Notes: generated by a model not told the origin, from the sequence alone. 64,000 nt of DNA from Promethearchaeota archaeon (GCA_019058445.1 JAHPZA010000006.1:384001-448000), one strand, 5' to 3'. Numbered from the stretch's first letter, positions 52,434 through 62,438 are shown. Translations and numbers: made by a program.

Positions 52434-52949
52434 CTACTTTAAATCAAAAATTTCTAAAAATTTTTGAAATTCTTTTTCAATATTCACAATAGGTAGGTCT
52501 AAAATTTCTGAATTTCTATCATTTTCTTTACAAATTAATCCTGAAATCATTCTTACATCAATAGATAATTGAGACTCAATCTCTTTAAAATTTTTTGCGC
52601 ATAATATTGTAGGATAGTTCAGATTTCTAAATCCTTCAATAAAAATTAAGTCTACATTAAATGGACCAAGGGAAATCCATTTAATTACTTCTTCGATTTC
52701 AATTTTATTCTTGATAAAAATAACAGTCTCATTAAAATCATTCATTGTAATGGCAAATTTTGCCCCTGCTTGAGAATATTCGTATGTATCCTTTCCCTCT
52801 TTATCAATTTGATGCTCATGAATGTATTTAATAACTGCTGCATTGAGATTTAGTTTACTTTTTAGACCTTTAATAGCTTTAAGAATAAAATGAGTTTTTC
52901 CGCTTCCAGAATATCCAATTAATCCTATAACTTTAAGATTAGACTGCAT
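52434..52949 (-). CDS. mobB: Molybdopterin-guanine dinucleotide biosynthesis protein B
   Basis: GYSGSGKT, IDKEGKDT, AGA, DLIFIEGF. Confidence 0.85.
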   Translation of the reverse strand: MQSNLKVIGLIGYSGSGKTHFILKAIKGLKSKLNLNAAVIKYIHEHQIDKEGKDTYEYSQAGAKFAITMNDFNETVIFIKNKIEIEEVIKWISLGPFNVDLIFIEGFRNLNYPTILCAKNFKEIESQLSIDVRMISGLICKENDRNSEILDLPIVNIEKEFQKFLEIFDLK

Positions 52950-53337
52950 TTTTCTTGACTTACTTAAAATCTATTATTTTGTAAGTTAGTTTGACCTAAG
53001 GATTTAGTGGATTTATATTTAATTATTCTATTAAATCAGCATCTATGATAATTTCCCTTAATATTTCTGTTTGTTTTGTAATTGTTAAAAATACGGGTAA
53101 TTCCGACAAAAAAACTAGCATTAAATATATGCATATTATGGATTATCTAAGTTCTTAGAAAAGATCGAGACTTCTATAAATTTAAGAGCTTAAAATCAAC
53201 TCTATCATGTATCTATCTTCCGGAATTTTAATTCTAGGTTAATAATTAAATATAAATAATAATTGACTTCAATTTTTCTTTAAATAATTACAGTTTTTGA
53301 GAATAATTTGCTTAACTTGATATAGAGAAGCAATATT

Positions 53338-53769
53338 ATGATTGCTAAAACCTATAAAAAAAGATATCAAGATATTATCGAAGAAACCTATTATATTCCT
53401 CAGGTATCTAAGTTAAATTTGAACGAATTTCAAAAAAGGAAGTCATCACTCATTTCAGAACTAACTTTTTTACTTACTACTCATAATAATTCAAAAAATG
53501 AGTATACTAATATATCGAAATTAATCATCTCAACGTTAAACGCTCCTGAAGCGTATTTCTTAGATAAAATATTTTCCTTTAAAAAAATTAATCCATTTGA
53601 ATGTTTTGATTTGAAAGATTATCTTGTAACGATTAAAAAAGTCAGCAGTTTACTAGGGCAAAATTCGTTTCTGCCAGTTCAAAAAATCTTAGAAAATTGT
53701 AATCTTGAAAGATTTTTCATAAAGCTCTTTTTAAAAGATTTTCTATTAAATAATCAGTATCTCAAATAA
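53338..53769 (+). CDS. Hypothetical protein
   Basis: 143-aa ORF only. Confidence 0.4.
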   Translation: MIAKTYKKRYQDIIEETYYIPQVSKLNLNEFQKRKSSLISELTFLLTTHNNSKNEYTNISKLIISTLNAPEAYFLDKIFSFKKINPFECFDLKDYLVTIKKVSSLLGQNSFLPVQKILENCNLERFFIKLFLKDFLLNNQYLK

Positions 53770-53891
53770 AATACATTATGGCAAACCAGCTCACTACCTT
53801 ATGGAGGTTCTACAATTCAGCAAATATTATTAAAGTTTTCATACATATTTATAATATATTTTCAACATTTACAAAATAGTACTGTGAATTT

Positions 53892-55889
53892 ATGTCCAAA
53901 AAAGGAGAACGAATCGTATTTGATGCTAATTTTTTTATATGTATGCTGGCGGTAAAAGCAAAGAATATTCTTGAAAACTTAAACAGGGCAGCAAAAGATT
54001 TAGAACTTGATTACTATATTTCTGAAGTTGTTCTTAATGAAATAAAATCTCCAACAACATTTAAAGATAAACTGAAAAAGATTGTAAATGTTGAAAAAGT
54101 TCAAGAAAATGAGATTTCAGATATAAAGGAAGATTTAAAACAGTATAATGTTAAATTTCCTGCCCAAGATCCTGATTTATCTCTTGTGGTTTTAGGTAAG
54201 AGACTTATGGGTGATGATGATAAAACACCCTTACATTTAGTCACAGATGATTTTAAATTAGCTAAAAATACAAATCTCTTATTTAGGGGTAAATTCAATA
54301 TCTTGTCTCTCTCAAGTTTCCTCCTAAAACTTCAGAGAACGTCAACGAAACCACAATTACGGAATTATTTCAAAAATATTTGGCAGAAAAGTTTAAATTA
54401 CACTTTGAGCTACATGATTGAACGCTCAAAAATATATCCAGCAGAGCAAAAAATTCAATGGCTTATTGAAAAAGCAATCAGCGTGACTGAAGATTCAATT
54501 CTATCATCTGATCTTGAAATCGTGAATCCAGATGCTGGTGTAAGATTTGAAATTGGGGCAACTAAGTATGCGGAGGAGCTAGAAGTATGTGAAAAATATA
54601 TTGAAAATCAAAAACTACCTCAAAGTGAAGAACAAAAAGTTGAATCTATAATTACCTTTCTTGAAAATCTTAAGATTTCACGAGAATACATCAAACGAGC
54701 ACGAGAAGCCATAATCAAAAATGAATCCAAAGATGCAGTAAAGTTTTTAAAAAAAGGAAATGGATTTTTAGTTTCATTATTACAATTAGCTTCGGGGCAA
54801 TTAGAAAAATATAAAGATTATCAAATTGTTGAACAACTTATATGTTCAGAAATCAGTAAAATGGAATTCTTACGAGCATTCCTCCTCGTTTCTCTTGGTC
54901 GGATCAGTACTTCTATAGATTCTCTTGAACGAGCTGCCTTATTTTCAACGATCATTCATAATTTTCAAACATGCTTGACATTAAATTATGTTAAAGCATT
55001 GATTTTGTTATTTCATGGTTTATATTCAAACGCCATAATGCAATATAACTTCACAGAAGAACTCGCTGAAATCTACAATGATGATAAGTTAAAACTTAAA
55101 TGCCTAATTGGTAAGGCAATTGCTATTTATATTCAAGGAGAGGATAGGAATACTGCAATAACCATCATGGATGAAATTTCGAATATAGATCTTGAAAAAA
55201 ATTTCTTAGATGCTATTATAGTATTTAGTGAACTTGGTGATTACTTCTTAGCTTTGGGGCATTCTCAAATTGCTGCTAACCTTTATAATGAAGCACTAGA
55301 AATAAGTATTGATTACAAATTATCTTTTAAAAGCGATATTTTAATCGAAAAATTAAAACGGGCATATATAGCGACTGTACTAGAAGGATATTCTGCAGAA
55401 GATATTATGGTTGATAAACTGGACATTTTACTTGACAAGGCTTATTCAGTGAAAGATGTTGAAAAATATAACGAGCAAATTAAAAAGATTTCAAGTTTTA
55501 ATATCCTGTTTTATACACCTTTTCCCCACATCTCAGGAAAAAAAAAAGTAATCCCTTTTTCTAAGCTTCCAGATGAGCTAAAAGAAGACTACTTAGAAGT
55601 AGTTCATTTTGAGAAACTAGACAATGAGAAACAAAATCAAGTCCTTTTTATTGTCTCTCACTATGAACTAGGATTATTAGGGATTAAAGTGAAAACAGAT
55701 GAAAATATCACAGGAATTGCTGAAAACTACTCCCTCAAATTAAAACCTACAAGTAAAGCAAAAATTTATGAACCTGATGAAGAATTAAAAGAAGCCTATT
55801 TAATTCGTGCTGTAATAGAAATTACGGCAATTAATCAATGCGAAATAATTTATACGCTTCCATCTTTCTTTAAACAGTTGAATCTATGA
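53892..55889 (+). CDS. PIN-domain protein with TPR-like repeats
   Basis: IVFDANF, VLNE, DLSLV, LVTDDFKL (PIN acidic residues); helical repeats such as LGDYFLALGHSQIAANLYNEALEI. Confidence 0.7.
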   Translation: MSKKGERIVFDANFFICMLAVKAKNILENLNRAAKDLELDYYISEVVLNEIKSPTTFKDKLKKIVNVEKVQENEISDIKEDLKQYNVKFPAQDPDLSLVVLGKRLMGDDDKTPLHLVTDDFKLAKNTNLLFRGKFNILSLSSFLLKLQRTSTKPQLRNYFKNIWQKSLNYTLSYMIERSKIYPAEQKIQWLIEKAISVTEDSILSSDLEIVNPDAGVRFEIGATKYAEELEVCEKYIENQKLPQSEEQKVESIITFLENLKISREYIKRAREAIIKNESKDAVKFLKKGNGFLVSLLQLASGQLEKYKDYQIVEQLICSEISKMEFLRAFLLVSLGRISTSIDSLERAALFSTIIHNFQTCLTLNYVKALILLFHGLYSNAIMQYNFTEELAEIYNDDKLKLKCLIGKAIAIYIQGEDRNTAITIMDEISNIDLEKNFLDAIIVFSELGDYFLALGHSQIAANLYNEALEISIDYKLSFKSDILIEKLKRAYIATVLEGYSAEDIMVDKLDILLDKAYSVKDVEKYNEQIKKISSFNILFYTPFPHISGKKKVIPFSKLPDELKEDYLEVVHFEKLDNEKQNQVLFIVSHYELGLLGIKVKTDENITGIAENYSLKLKPTSKAKIYEPDEELKEAYLIRAVIEITAINQCEIIYTLPSFFKQLNL

Positions 55890-56175
55890 ATATAAAAAAT
55901 AAGATATTTAAGCACTTAAATATTTCTTGGCGATAGCGCCCCCTTTTGCAAATTTTGATATTTTTTCAATAAATTCTGTTTTAAGAGCCATTCGGTAATC
56001 CTCTTGGAATGCTATGAAAACTTTTTTGAACAAAAGGTTAAAATAGTTTATTCCAATATTTCCAGATTACACTTCATTTTTTTTTAGAAGACAATTCAAT
56101 CTAAACTATTTAAAGAAAAATCAAAAGAACTAGAAAATACTAAAAAGATATAAATTTAAAATATTGTATTAGATT

Positions 56176-57402
56176 ATGATTGAGATTTCCTTAGAACAAG
56201 CTCAACGTTTTATTCTTGAGAAACAAGGATTATTAACTACAAAACCAGCAAAATCGGTTTTAGAAGTTGCTAGAAAGATTCATAATATTCAAATTGATAC
56301 TATCTCAGTTGTCGCAAGATCACATGATTTAACAATATACAATAGATTTGAGAATTACACTGAGAAGGAAATCTGGGATAATTTAAGGAGAAAAGAGTTA
56401 TTCGAGTATTATTCACATGGACTCTGTTTAATACCTATAGAAGATTATCCATTCTATAAATTCTGTATGGATGATTATCGTGACAGAGAAAAAAACTCAA
56501 GGTGGGAGAAATGGTTAACAGTCAATCAAAAGATTGTAGATTTTGTTTTGAATAGGGTGAAAAAGGAAGGCCCATTGTCAAGTAAAGATTTCAAAGTTCC
56601 TGAAGAAAGAAAATCTAAAGGTTGGTTTGAATGGAAGGAAGAAAAGCGAGCGTTAGAATATCTATTCTATCGTGGTGATTTATTGATTAACCATCGAGAA
56701 GGTTTCCAAAAATACTATGATATACCAGAGAGAGTTCTCCCCCTAAATATTAGTCATGAACCAATGACCATTAAGGATGCACCTGATTATCTATTAAATA
56801 CTACTTTATCATCATTAGGTATTTGTGATTATGAGGAAATTAAGAGCTATATCAGAAGTCGAACTTTAAAATTAATATGGAATAATAAACCTAGTTTAAT
56901 TACTGAATACTTGGAAGAAAAGGTAAAGGATGATACACTTATAAAAGTCAATGTTCAGGGCATTGATAGAACACAATTTATTAAATCTACAGATAGCAAG
57001 AAGATTGAAACGGTTAAATCACTAGAGTCTGCAGAAGCAAAATTGATTAATCCTTTTGATAACGTTGCTCGAGACAGAAATTTACTAAGAAAATTCTGGA
57101 ATTTTAATTACAAACTAGAAGCTTATACTCCTGCTCCAGATAGAATTTTTGGTTATTATTTGATGCCGATTCTAATCGATCATCAAATCATAGGTCGTCT
57201 TGAACCTAAGGCTCATAGGAAAGAGTCGAGACTAGAAATAAAATCAATATTTTTTGAGAACTGGTTTAAACCAAGTAAAAACTTCTATGAAAAATTAGCT
57301 AAAGGTCTTTGGAAGTTTGCTACATTTCATAATTGCACTGAAATTACTTTGAATGATAAAATAAATAAAGATATTAAGAATACTTTAACATCTGTTCTCT
57401 AA
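56176..57402 (+). CDS. YcaQ/AlkZ-like (HTH_42) crosslink-repair DNA glycosylase
   Basis: IQIDTISVVARSH (QxD motif), LFEYYSH, NPFDN, YKLEAYTP...GYYLMPIL. Confidence 0.85.
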   Translation: MIEISLEQAQRFILEKQGLLTTKPAKSVLEVARKIHNIQIDTISVVARSHDLTIYNRFENYTEKEIWDNLRRKELFEYYSHGLCLIPIEDYPFYKFCMDDYRDREKNSRWEKWLTVNQKIVDFVLNRVKKEGPLSSKDFKVPEERKSKGWFEWKEEKRALEYLFYRGDLLINHREGFQKYYDIPERVLPLNISHEPMTIKDAPDYLLNTTLSSLGICDYEEIKSYIRSRTLKLIWNNKPSLITEYLEEKVKDDTLIKVNVQGIDRTQFIKSTDSKKIETVKSLESAEAKLINPFDNVARDRNLLRKFWNFNYKLEAYTPAPDRIFGYYLMPILIDHQIIGRLEPKAHRKESRLEIKSIFFENWFKPSKNFYEKLAKGLWKFATFHNCTEITLNDKINKDIKNTLTSVL

Positions 57403-57543
57403 TGTTAATTGTTTAAGAGATGATTAGATGAAGTATGTAAAAATGAAGGATTTGTATTCATTTGGGAAACAGTTCAGTATTGGGATAGATGAGCAAATTA
57501 AGAAGCTCGAGTTAAATAGGAGTATAATTGCAGAAATAAATCC

Positions 57544-57621
57544 ATAATGGAAGTTACCGCAAAAAATCAATGTGAAATAATCTATACTCTGCCATCTTTC
57601 TTTAAACAACTTAATTTATAA
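57544..57621 (+). pseudogene. Orphan diverged copy of the last 25 codons of the PIN-TPR gene (55812-55889)
   Basis: Encodes IMEVTAKNQCEIIYTLPSFFKQLNL* versus VIEITAINQCEIIYTLPSFFKQLNL*. Confidence 0.8.
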
Positions 57622-57734
57622 GAATTCAGTTAATTTCAGATAAAATTAGATTTAACATTAGGGGTATTCTATCTTAAAACCTTGAGTTAAAAAGGAATAA
57701 AAGTTAAAAATTAATATTTTTTTATAAATTGTAC

Positions 57735-58036
57735 TCACTCTTTTCGCAAGTTTTTATCTCGTTGACTAACTTGATGACTATGAACTGCGCAGCTTATGCA
57801 ATAATACTTTTTATTCTGTCCGCTCATGATAATCGTCCCAGCTTTTTTAAGTTCCCCATACATTCTTCCATCAACGAGCGATGTTCGACGAGTAACTGCT
57901 TTAGCTTTGCTTTTTACAGTGAATACGAAATGTTAAACACTCTTGCAACAAATCTTCCACACTTACTACACTGAACTTTGCCATAATTTCCCTTGCTGCT
58001 GCCAGTTTTACCACCAGATTTTCTTTTCTTAGGCAT
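57735..58036 (-). CDS. rps26e: Ribosomal protein S26e, spliced: exon 1 58036-57942, exon 2 57912-57735, 90 aa; absent from the ORF track
   Basis: SD AGGAGG at 58050-58045. Spliced product MPKKRKSGGKTGSSKGNYGKVQCSKCGRFVARSKAKAVTRRTSLVDGRMYGELKKAGTIIMSGQNKKYYCISCAVHSHQVSQRDKNLRKE has the eS26 motifs MPKKR, CxxCGR and YCISCAVH. Confidence 0.9.
57913..57941 (-). other. Putative BHB intron in rps26e mRNA, 29 nt
   Basis: UUUGU-UGCA-AG^A-GUG-(16 nt)-CAC-UGUA-AA^A-AGCAAA: 4-bp central helix, two 3-nt bulges, 3-bp intron stem, imperfect exon stem; canonical cuts restore the frame. Confidence 0.8.
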
Positions 58037-58215
58037 AGCTCCAACCTCCTTTTCTGTAATTCTCATCTATTCTTCTAAACTCTAAGAATTTGAATTCTAC
58101 AAACCTTAAATAATTTGTTCTTATAGATTAAGTCTTTTCACAAAAATTACATGAAGTAAAAAATTCTTTAATCATAAAGAGAATTACATAATTAATGAAA
58201 TTCTGAGGATTAAAA

Positions 58216-59598
58216 ATGAGAAGAATCGAATTCCCCGATGGCTTTACCTGGGGGGCTGCAACTTCAAGTTTTCAAATTGAAGGAGCATGGAATGAGGATG
58301 GGAAAGGTGAAAGTATATGGGATTTAGCGTCACATACTCCAGGAATAATAAAAAACAATGATACCGCAGATATTGCATGCGACCATTATCATCAATACAA
58401 AGAGGACGTTCAGATAATGAAAAAAATGGGACTAAAAGCGTATAGATTTTCAATAGCTTGGCCCCGTATTTTTCCTAGGGGGCAAGGGGAAATAAATCCT
58501 AAAGGGGTCCAATTCTACGATAACTTGATAAATGAACTGCTAGCAAACGGAATAGAACCTTTCACAGATCTTTATCATTGGGACTTACCCCTAGCCTTGA
58601 ATAGATTGGGTGGATGGGAAAACCGTGAAGTTGGTGATGCCTATGTTGAGTATGCCACTTTTATATTCAATCATTATGGCGATCGGGTTAAAAATTGGAT
58701 AACATTTAACGAGCCGATGATCTTTGCATTATATTATTATATTCTTGGGCTCTATGGGAAAAAAGGCAACTTTTCAGGAGGTATTTGTGCCTCTCATTTA
58801 GTTAATGTTGCCCACGCAAAAGCAATAAAAGCTTATCGATCATGTGAATATCCCGATGGAAAAATCGGTATCACATTAAATCCATTCCCTCTTTATCCAA
58901 TAACTGAATCTGCGTTAGATAAGGAAGCAGTTACGGTGGTTGATGGATTAGTAAATAGATGGTTTTTAGATCCCGTTTTTAAAGCTTCCTATCCTCCTGA
59001 TACATTTGAATTGCTAAGTAAGACCATCGATTTATCTTTAATTACGGAAAATGATTTAAAATTACTAAAGGAAAATCCAATGGATTTTTTAGGGATCAAT
59101 TTATATTCCTGCTGGCGAATTGGAGCTAGAAAGAAAGAAGATCTTAACAATTTATTTAAGTTAATCGGCAAATTAGCAACACCCCTTAAAAATAAAAAAA
59201 ATATTGAAAGTTCAGAAACAGGGTGGGAGGTTTATCCAGAGGGATTATTTGATATTCTCAAACGAATAGATTATGATTACAATCACCCTCTAATTTATAT
59301 CACAGAAAATGGAATGGCATGTAAGGATGATATAATAGTTGGAAGAATTGTACAAGATGATGATCGATTAAGCTATCTTAAGCGTTATATTGAAAAAGCA
59401 AGTAAAGCTATGAACGATGGAGTAAATCTGAAAGGATATTTTGTCTGGTCTTTAATGGACAATTTTGAGATGTTCGAGGGGTATGAGAAAAAATTTGGGT
59501 TAATTAAAATTGACTATGAAACCCAAGAGAGAATCTGGAAAAAAAGCGCATTATGGTATCGTGATATGATAAAAGCGAATAGTTTTCCTTTTTCTTAA
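58216..59598 (+). CDS. GH1 beta-glucosidase
   Basis: WGAATSSFQIEG, YRFSIAWPRI, LYHWDLP, TFNEP, ITENG, WSLMDNFE. Confidence 0.93.
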   Translation: MRRIEFPDGFTWGAATSSFQIEGAWNEDGKGESIWDLASHTPGIIKNNDTADIACDHYHQYKEDVQIMKKMGLKAYRFSIAWPRIFPRGQGEINPKGVQFYDNLINELLANGIEPFTDLYHWDLPLALNRLGGWENREVGDAYVEYATFIFNHYGDRVKNWITFNEPMIFALYYYILGLYGKKGNFSGGICASHLVNVAHAKAIKAYRSCEYPDGKIGITLNPFPLYPITESALDKEAVTVVDGLVNRWFLDPVFKASYPPDTFELLSKTIDLSLITENDLKLLKENPMDFLGINLYSCWRIGARKKEDLNNLFKLIGKLATPLKNKKNIESSETGWEVYPEGLFDILKRIDYDYNHPLIYITENGMACKDDIIVGRIVQDDDRLSYLKRYIEKASKAMNDGVNLKGYFVWSLMDNFEMFEGYEKKFGLIKIDYETQERIWKKSALWYRDMIKANSFPFS

Positions 59599-59640
59599 TT
59601 TAAGTCAAACTAACGAAAAAAAAATATTTTTATAAATTTT

Positions 59641-60369
59641 TTAAATATGCTCTTCATCAGAATTCTGATTATTAAGGACCTTAAAAGTAAATACTATTCT
59701 TTGAGCAACTGTGATGAAGAGCGCTATAGTGTAAATAATTATTGCTATTAAAAATACAGGGGTAACTGGTATTCCAGTTATAAATGGAATAAATATTGTA
59801 ATAGGAGCACCTAAGAAAAAAAGAGTCAAGAAATAAAACCACATTTCAAAAAGCAAGGCGAATAGTAAAAACAAAATTCTTTCAGCACGCTCCATGAATC
59901 CTACTCCCTTCATATTTACTCCCTCATTTTCTGCTCTTGAACGTGTATAAGAGATCATAATTACTAAAAATAATACAAGATATCCTAATATATAATTTAC
60001 TAGTCCCCCATAAATTAGTCCTAATATAAGTAAAGCATCTGAAATTCGATCTAAATTTGAATCAAGAAAGGCCCCCGCTTGAGTTTCTTTATCCGTTCTT
60101 CTTGCTACCTCTCCATCAAACAAATCAAACGCACCCGCTAATCCCATCAAAAAAGGTACTATCCACGCCAGCCACATTGAAAAGTAAACCCATCCTAGAG
60201 CTATTAAAATTGCAACTGTCAATGAAATTGCAAATCCTATAAAGGTAATTTCATTAGGACTTACCTTATGCTTAATTAAGAATTCCACAGGACGGTCAAT
60301 ATATCTACTATACCTATGTAAAATCTCCTTTTGGCGTATTCTTTTATTTGTGCCTGCTTTCTCATTCAA
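59641..60369 (-). CDS. CDP-alcohol phosphatidyltransferase (archaetidylinositol-phosphate-synthase-like)
   Basis: SPNEIT, DLFDGEVAR...GAFLDSNLDRISD, SYTRSRAE, GFMERAER. Confidence 0.88.
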   Translation of the reverse strand: MNEKAGTNKRIRQKEILHRYSRYIDRPVEFLIKHKVSPNEITFIGFAISLTVAILIALGWVYFSMWLAWIVPFLMGLAGAFDLFDGEVARRTDKETQAGAFLDSNLDRISDALLILGLIYGGLVNYILGYLVLFLVIMISYTRSRAENEGVNMKGVGFMERAERILFLLFALLFEMWFYFLTLFFLGAPITIFIPFITGIPVTPVFLIAIIIYTIALFITVAQRIVFTFKVLNNQNSDEEHI

Positions 60370-60437
60370 TTTCTTTCTATTTCTCTGAGTCTTAATGTAT
60401 GGATTATTATTGTTAAAAGTTGTTTTTTATAAAAAAT

Positions 60438-61040
60438 TTATTGTAGTGGGGTTAATAAGTGCAATTTTATCAATCGAATTACTGAAGAAGCTAAATACGA
60501 GCGATTTCCTAAGCTAAGAATTGGAAGATCACTTGCTAATATTTCTTCTAAGTTCATAATATCACCACTTTGATTTCCTATAATAAAAATTACGTCTTTT
60601 TCTAAAAGGATCGATTTAAGTTTACTAAAAAAATCATTACCCTCTTCATGTAAAATATATTTTTTATAATTCAATTTTAACACTTCTTTTAAGGTTTCAC
60701 GTACTCCTTTTTCCGAAGTTCTTACTACTCTTAAGGGATTATTCCTAAGTTTTTCTTTTGAATTGCGATTTCTGATTAAATCGACAAAGTAATCTGTTAG
60801 TTTTAATTCATTTTTAGGGAATGTTTCAAAATCTAGCACATTTGGATCAAAAAAATACGTCCCTAATTTATCTAAAAATACCCACACTTGTGTATTTTTA
60901 TCAAATTCATTCTCACCTATTAATGCTGCCAATATACAGCGAGAAATTACATCTAATCTCCCTGACGATCCAGGAATATCTTTAATTGTATAATTAGTTA
61001 TGTCTACTGTCTCTGAGTAAATTAAAAAAATTACAGTCAT
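60438..61040 (-). CDS. trmY: tRNA pseudouridine-54 N1-methyltransferase (SPOUT)
   Basis: DIPGSSGRLDVISRC, PKNE, LHEEG, FIIG, LSLG..SYLAS. Confidence 0.75.
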   Translation of the reverse strand: MTVIFLIYSETVDITNYTIKDIPGSSGRLDVISRCILAALIGENEFDKNTQVWVFLDKLGTYFFDPNVLDFETFPKNELKLTDYFVDLIRNRNSKEKLRNNPLRVVRTSEKGVRETLKEVLKLNYKKYILHEEGNDFFSKLKSILLEKDVIFIIGNQSGDIMNLEEILASDLPILSLGNRSYLASSVIRLIKLHLLTPLQ

Positions 61041-61398
61041 TATGTTTTTAAACCTTATTTCTTAATTGGTTTAATGGACAATTTCTTTTACATATATTCC
61101 TTTTTAAAATTTAAATTATAAAGATTGTTTTTCATTTATTATAAAGGGAAAACCATGAAATTTATAGATCCCAATAGTCATATGTGGTGTATATTTCTCT
61201 AGAACCTAATAAAAACTAATTTTATTAAAAATTCGAAGTATTAATACTTAGATTTATAAATTCTTTCACTCAATACTATAAACGAAAAACAGATAAAGGA
61301 AAATTTATACTGTTTATTTAATAATTAAATAAGAATATATTTTAAATTCTAAAAGATAAATTAATTGTAAAAACATCTTGAATATTAGGAGAAACTGA

Positions 61399-61935
61399 AT
61401 GACAATTGATAAATATCTAAAAAAAGAAGCATTTAAAATTGTAATTGCTGGAGATGGCGCAGTTGGTAAAACATCTACGGCAAAAAGACTTGCTGGAACA
61501 TTAGATATTAGCCAAGCATTGAGTATGACTCCTGGAATTGATTTCCAAAGTTTTAAAATTGAAAGTTATGAATCTATTGACTGTCAACTCTGGGACTTAG
61601 GAGGCCAGGACCAGTTTCGAGAGATCCAAGATGATTTCTTTCATGGGGCGACTATAGTAATCTTTATGTTTACAATTGATAGATATAGCTCTTTCATGAA
61701 TCTTAAAAGTTGGTTAGAATTAATTCCTAAAAATGTAGAAATTTCTTATTTTCTCCTTGCAAACAAAATTGATGCCCTAAATCGTGTGGTTGATAGACAA
61801 CATGCTATAGAATTCGCTAATGCTAATAAAATGACATATTATGAGGTTTCTGCTTTAACTGGTAAAGGATTTGATGAGTTTAAGGAAGATCTCTTTAAAA
61901 CCCTTGAATATCTTTATATTGTTAGAAAGGATTAA
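61399..61935 (+). CDS. Ras-superfamily (Rab-like) small GTPase
   Basis: G1 GDGAVGKT, G2 T, G3 WDLGGQ, G4 NKID, G5 SAL; no C-terminal prenylation cysteine. Confidence 0.9.
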   Translation: MTIDKYLKKEAFKIVIAGDGAVGKTSTAKRLAGTLDISQALSMTPGIDFQSFKIESYESIDCQLWDLGGQDQFREIQDDFFHGATIVIFMFTIDRYSSFMNLKSWLELIPKNVEISYFLLANKIDALNRVVDRQHAIEFANANKMTYYEVSALTGKGFDEFKEDLFKTLEYLYIVRKD

Positions 61936-61959
61936 CAATAAAAATATAAATTTATATTC

Positions 61960-62379
61960 TTAGATCTCATCTGGTTTTAGGTATTCTGTGGCATCCTCTA
62001 ATATACAAGCGTCTTCATCTTCTTCTAAGGCACACATCTCATTATATCGAACTATCAGATAAATAGATAATCCTACAATACTCATCAATAATGTTAGAAT
62101 AACATAGGGAATTCCTGAAGCTTCTCTTTTCTGAAGGTCTCTATTCACTAAATAGGCTAAAAGTATTCCACTTGCAAACCAGATAATAACTATTATTATA
62201 ATAAACAAAAGAGTTGAACCAAAACCGGGAATTTGGTTAAATGGATTATTTTCGGGATATTCCAGTGGTGGAAAATCCTGGTCCTCTTGAAAGATTTGTA
62301 AGATTTTTGGGAATATCATATTGATTACAATATAACAATCAATATTAAAATTAGTTATTCTAATAAAAAATAAGTCCAA
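61960..62379 (-). CDS. Small two-TM membrane protein (PLDc_N-like); start uncertain
   Basis: LAYLVNRD...IVGLSIYLIVR; acidic tail. Confidence 0.5.
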   Translation of the reverse strand: MDLFFIRITNFNIDCYIVINMIFPKILQIFQEDQDFPPLEYPENNPFNQIPGFGSTLLFIIIIVIIWFASGILLAYLVNRDLQKREASGIPYVILTLLMSIVGLSIYLIVRYNEMCALEEDEDACILEDATEYLKPDEI

Positions 62380-62438
62380 ATTTATTGGGATTTAAGGAGA
62401 GAAAATATATTTACACGCACACTTAATTTTTCCAAGTA

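Noticed and set aside
55915-56015. Short minus-strand coding-like stretch (..EDYRMALKTEFIEKISKFAKGGAIAKKYLSA*)
   Set aside because: Too short to assign; possibly debris of the inserted cassette
57729-57974. 81-aa plus-strand ORF in the track
   Set aside because: Antisense shadow of rps26e exon 2 and its intron
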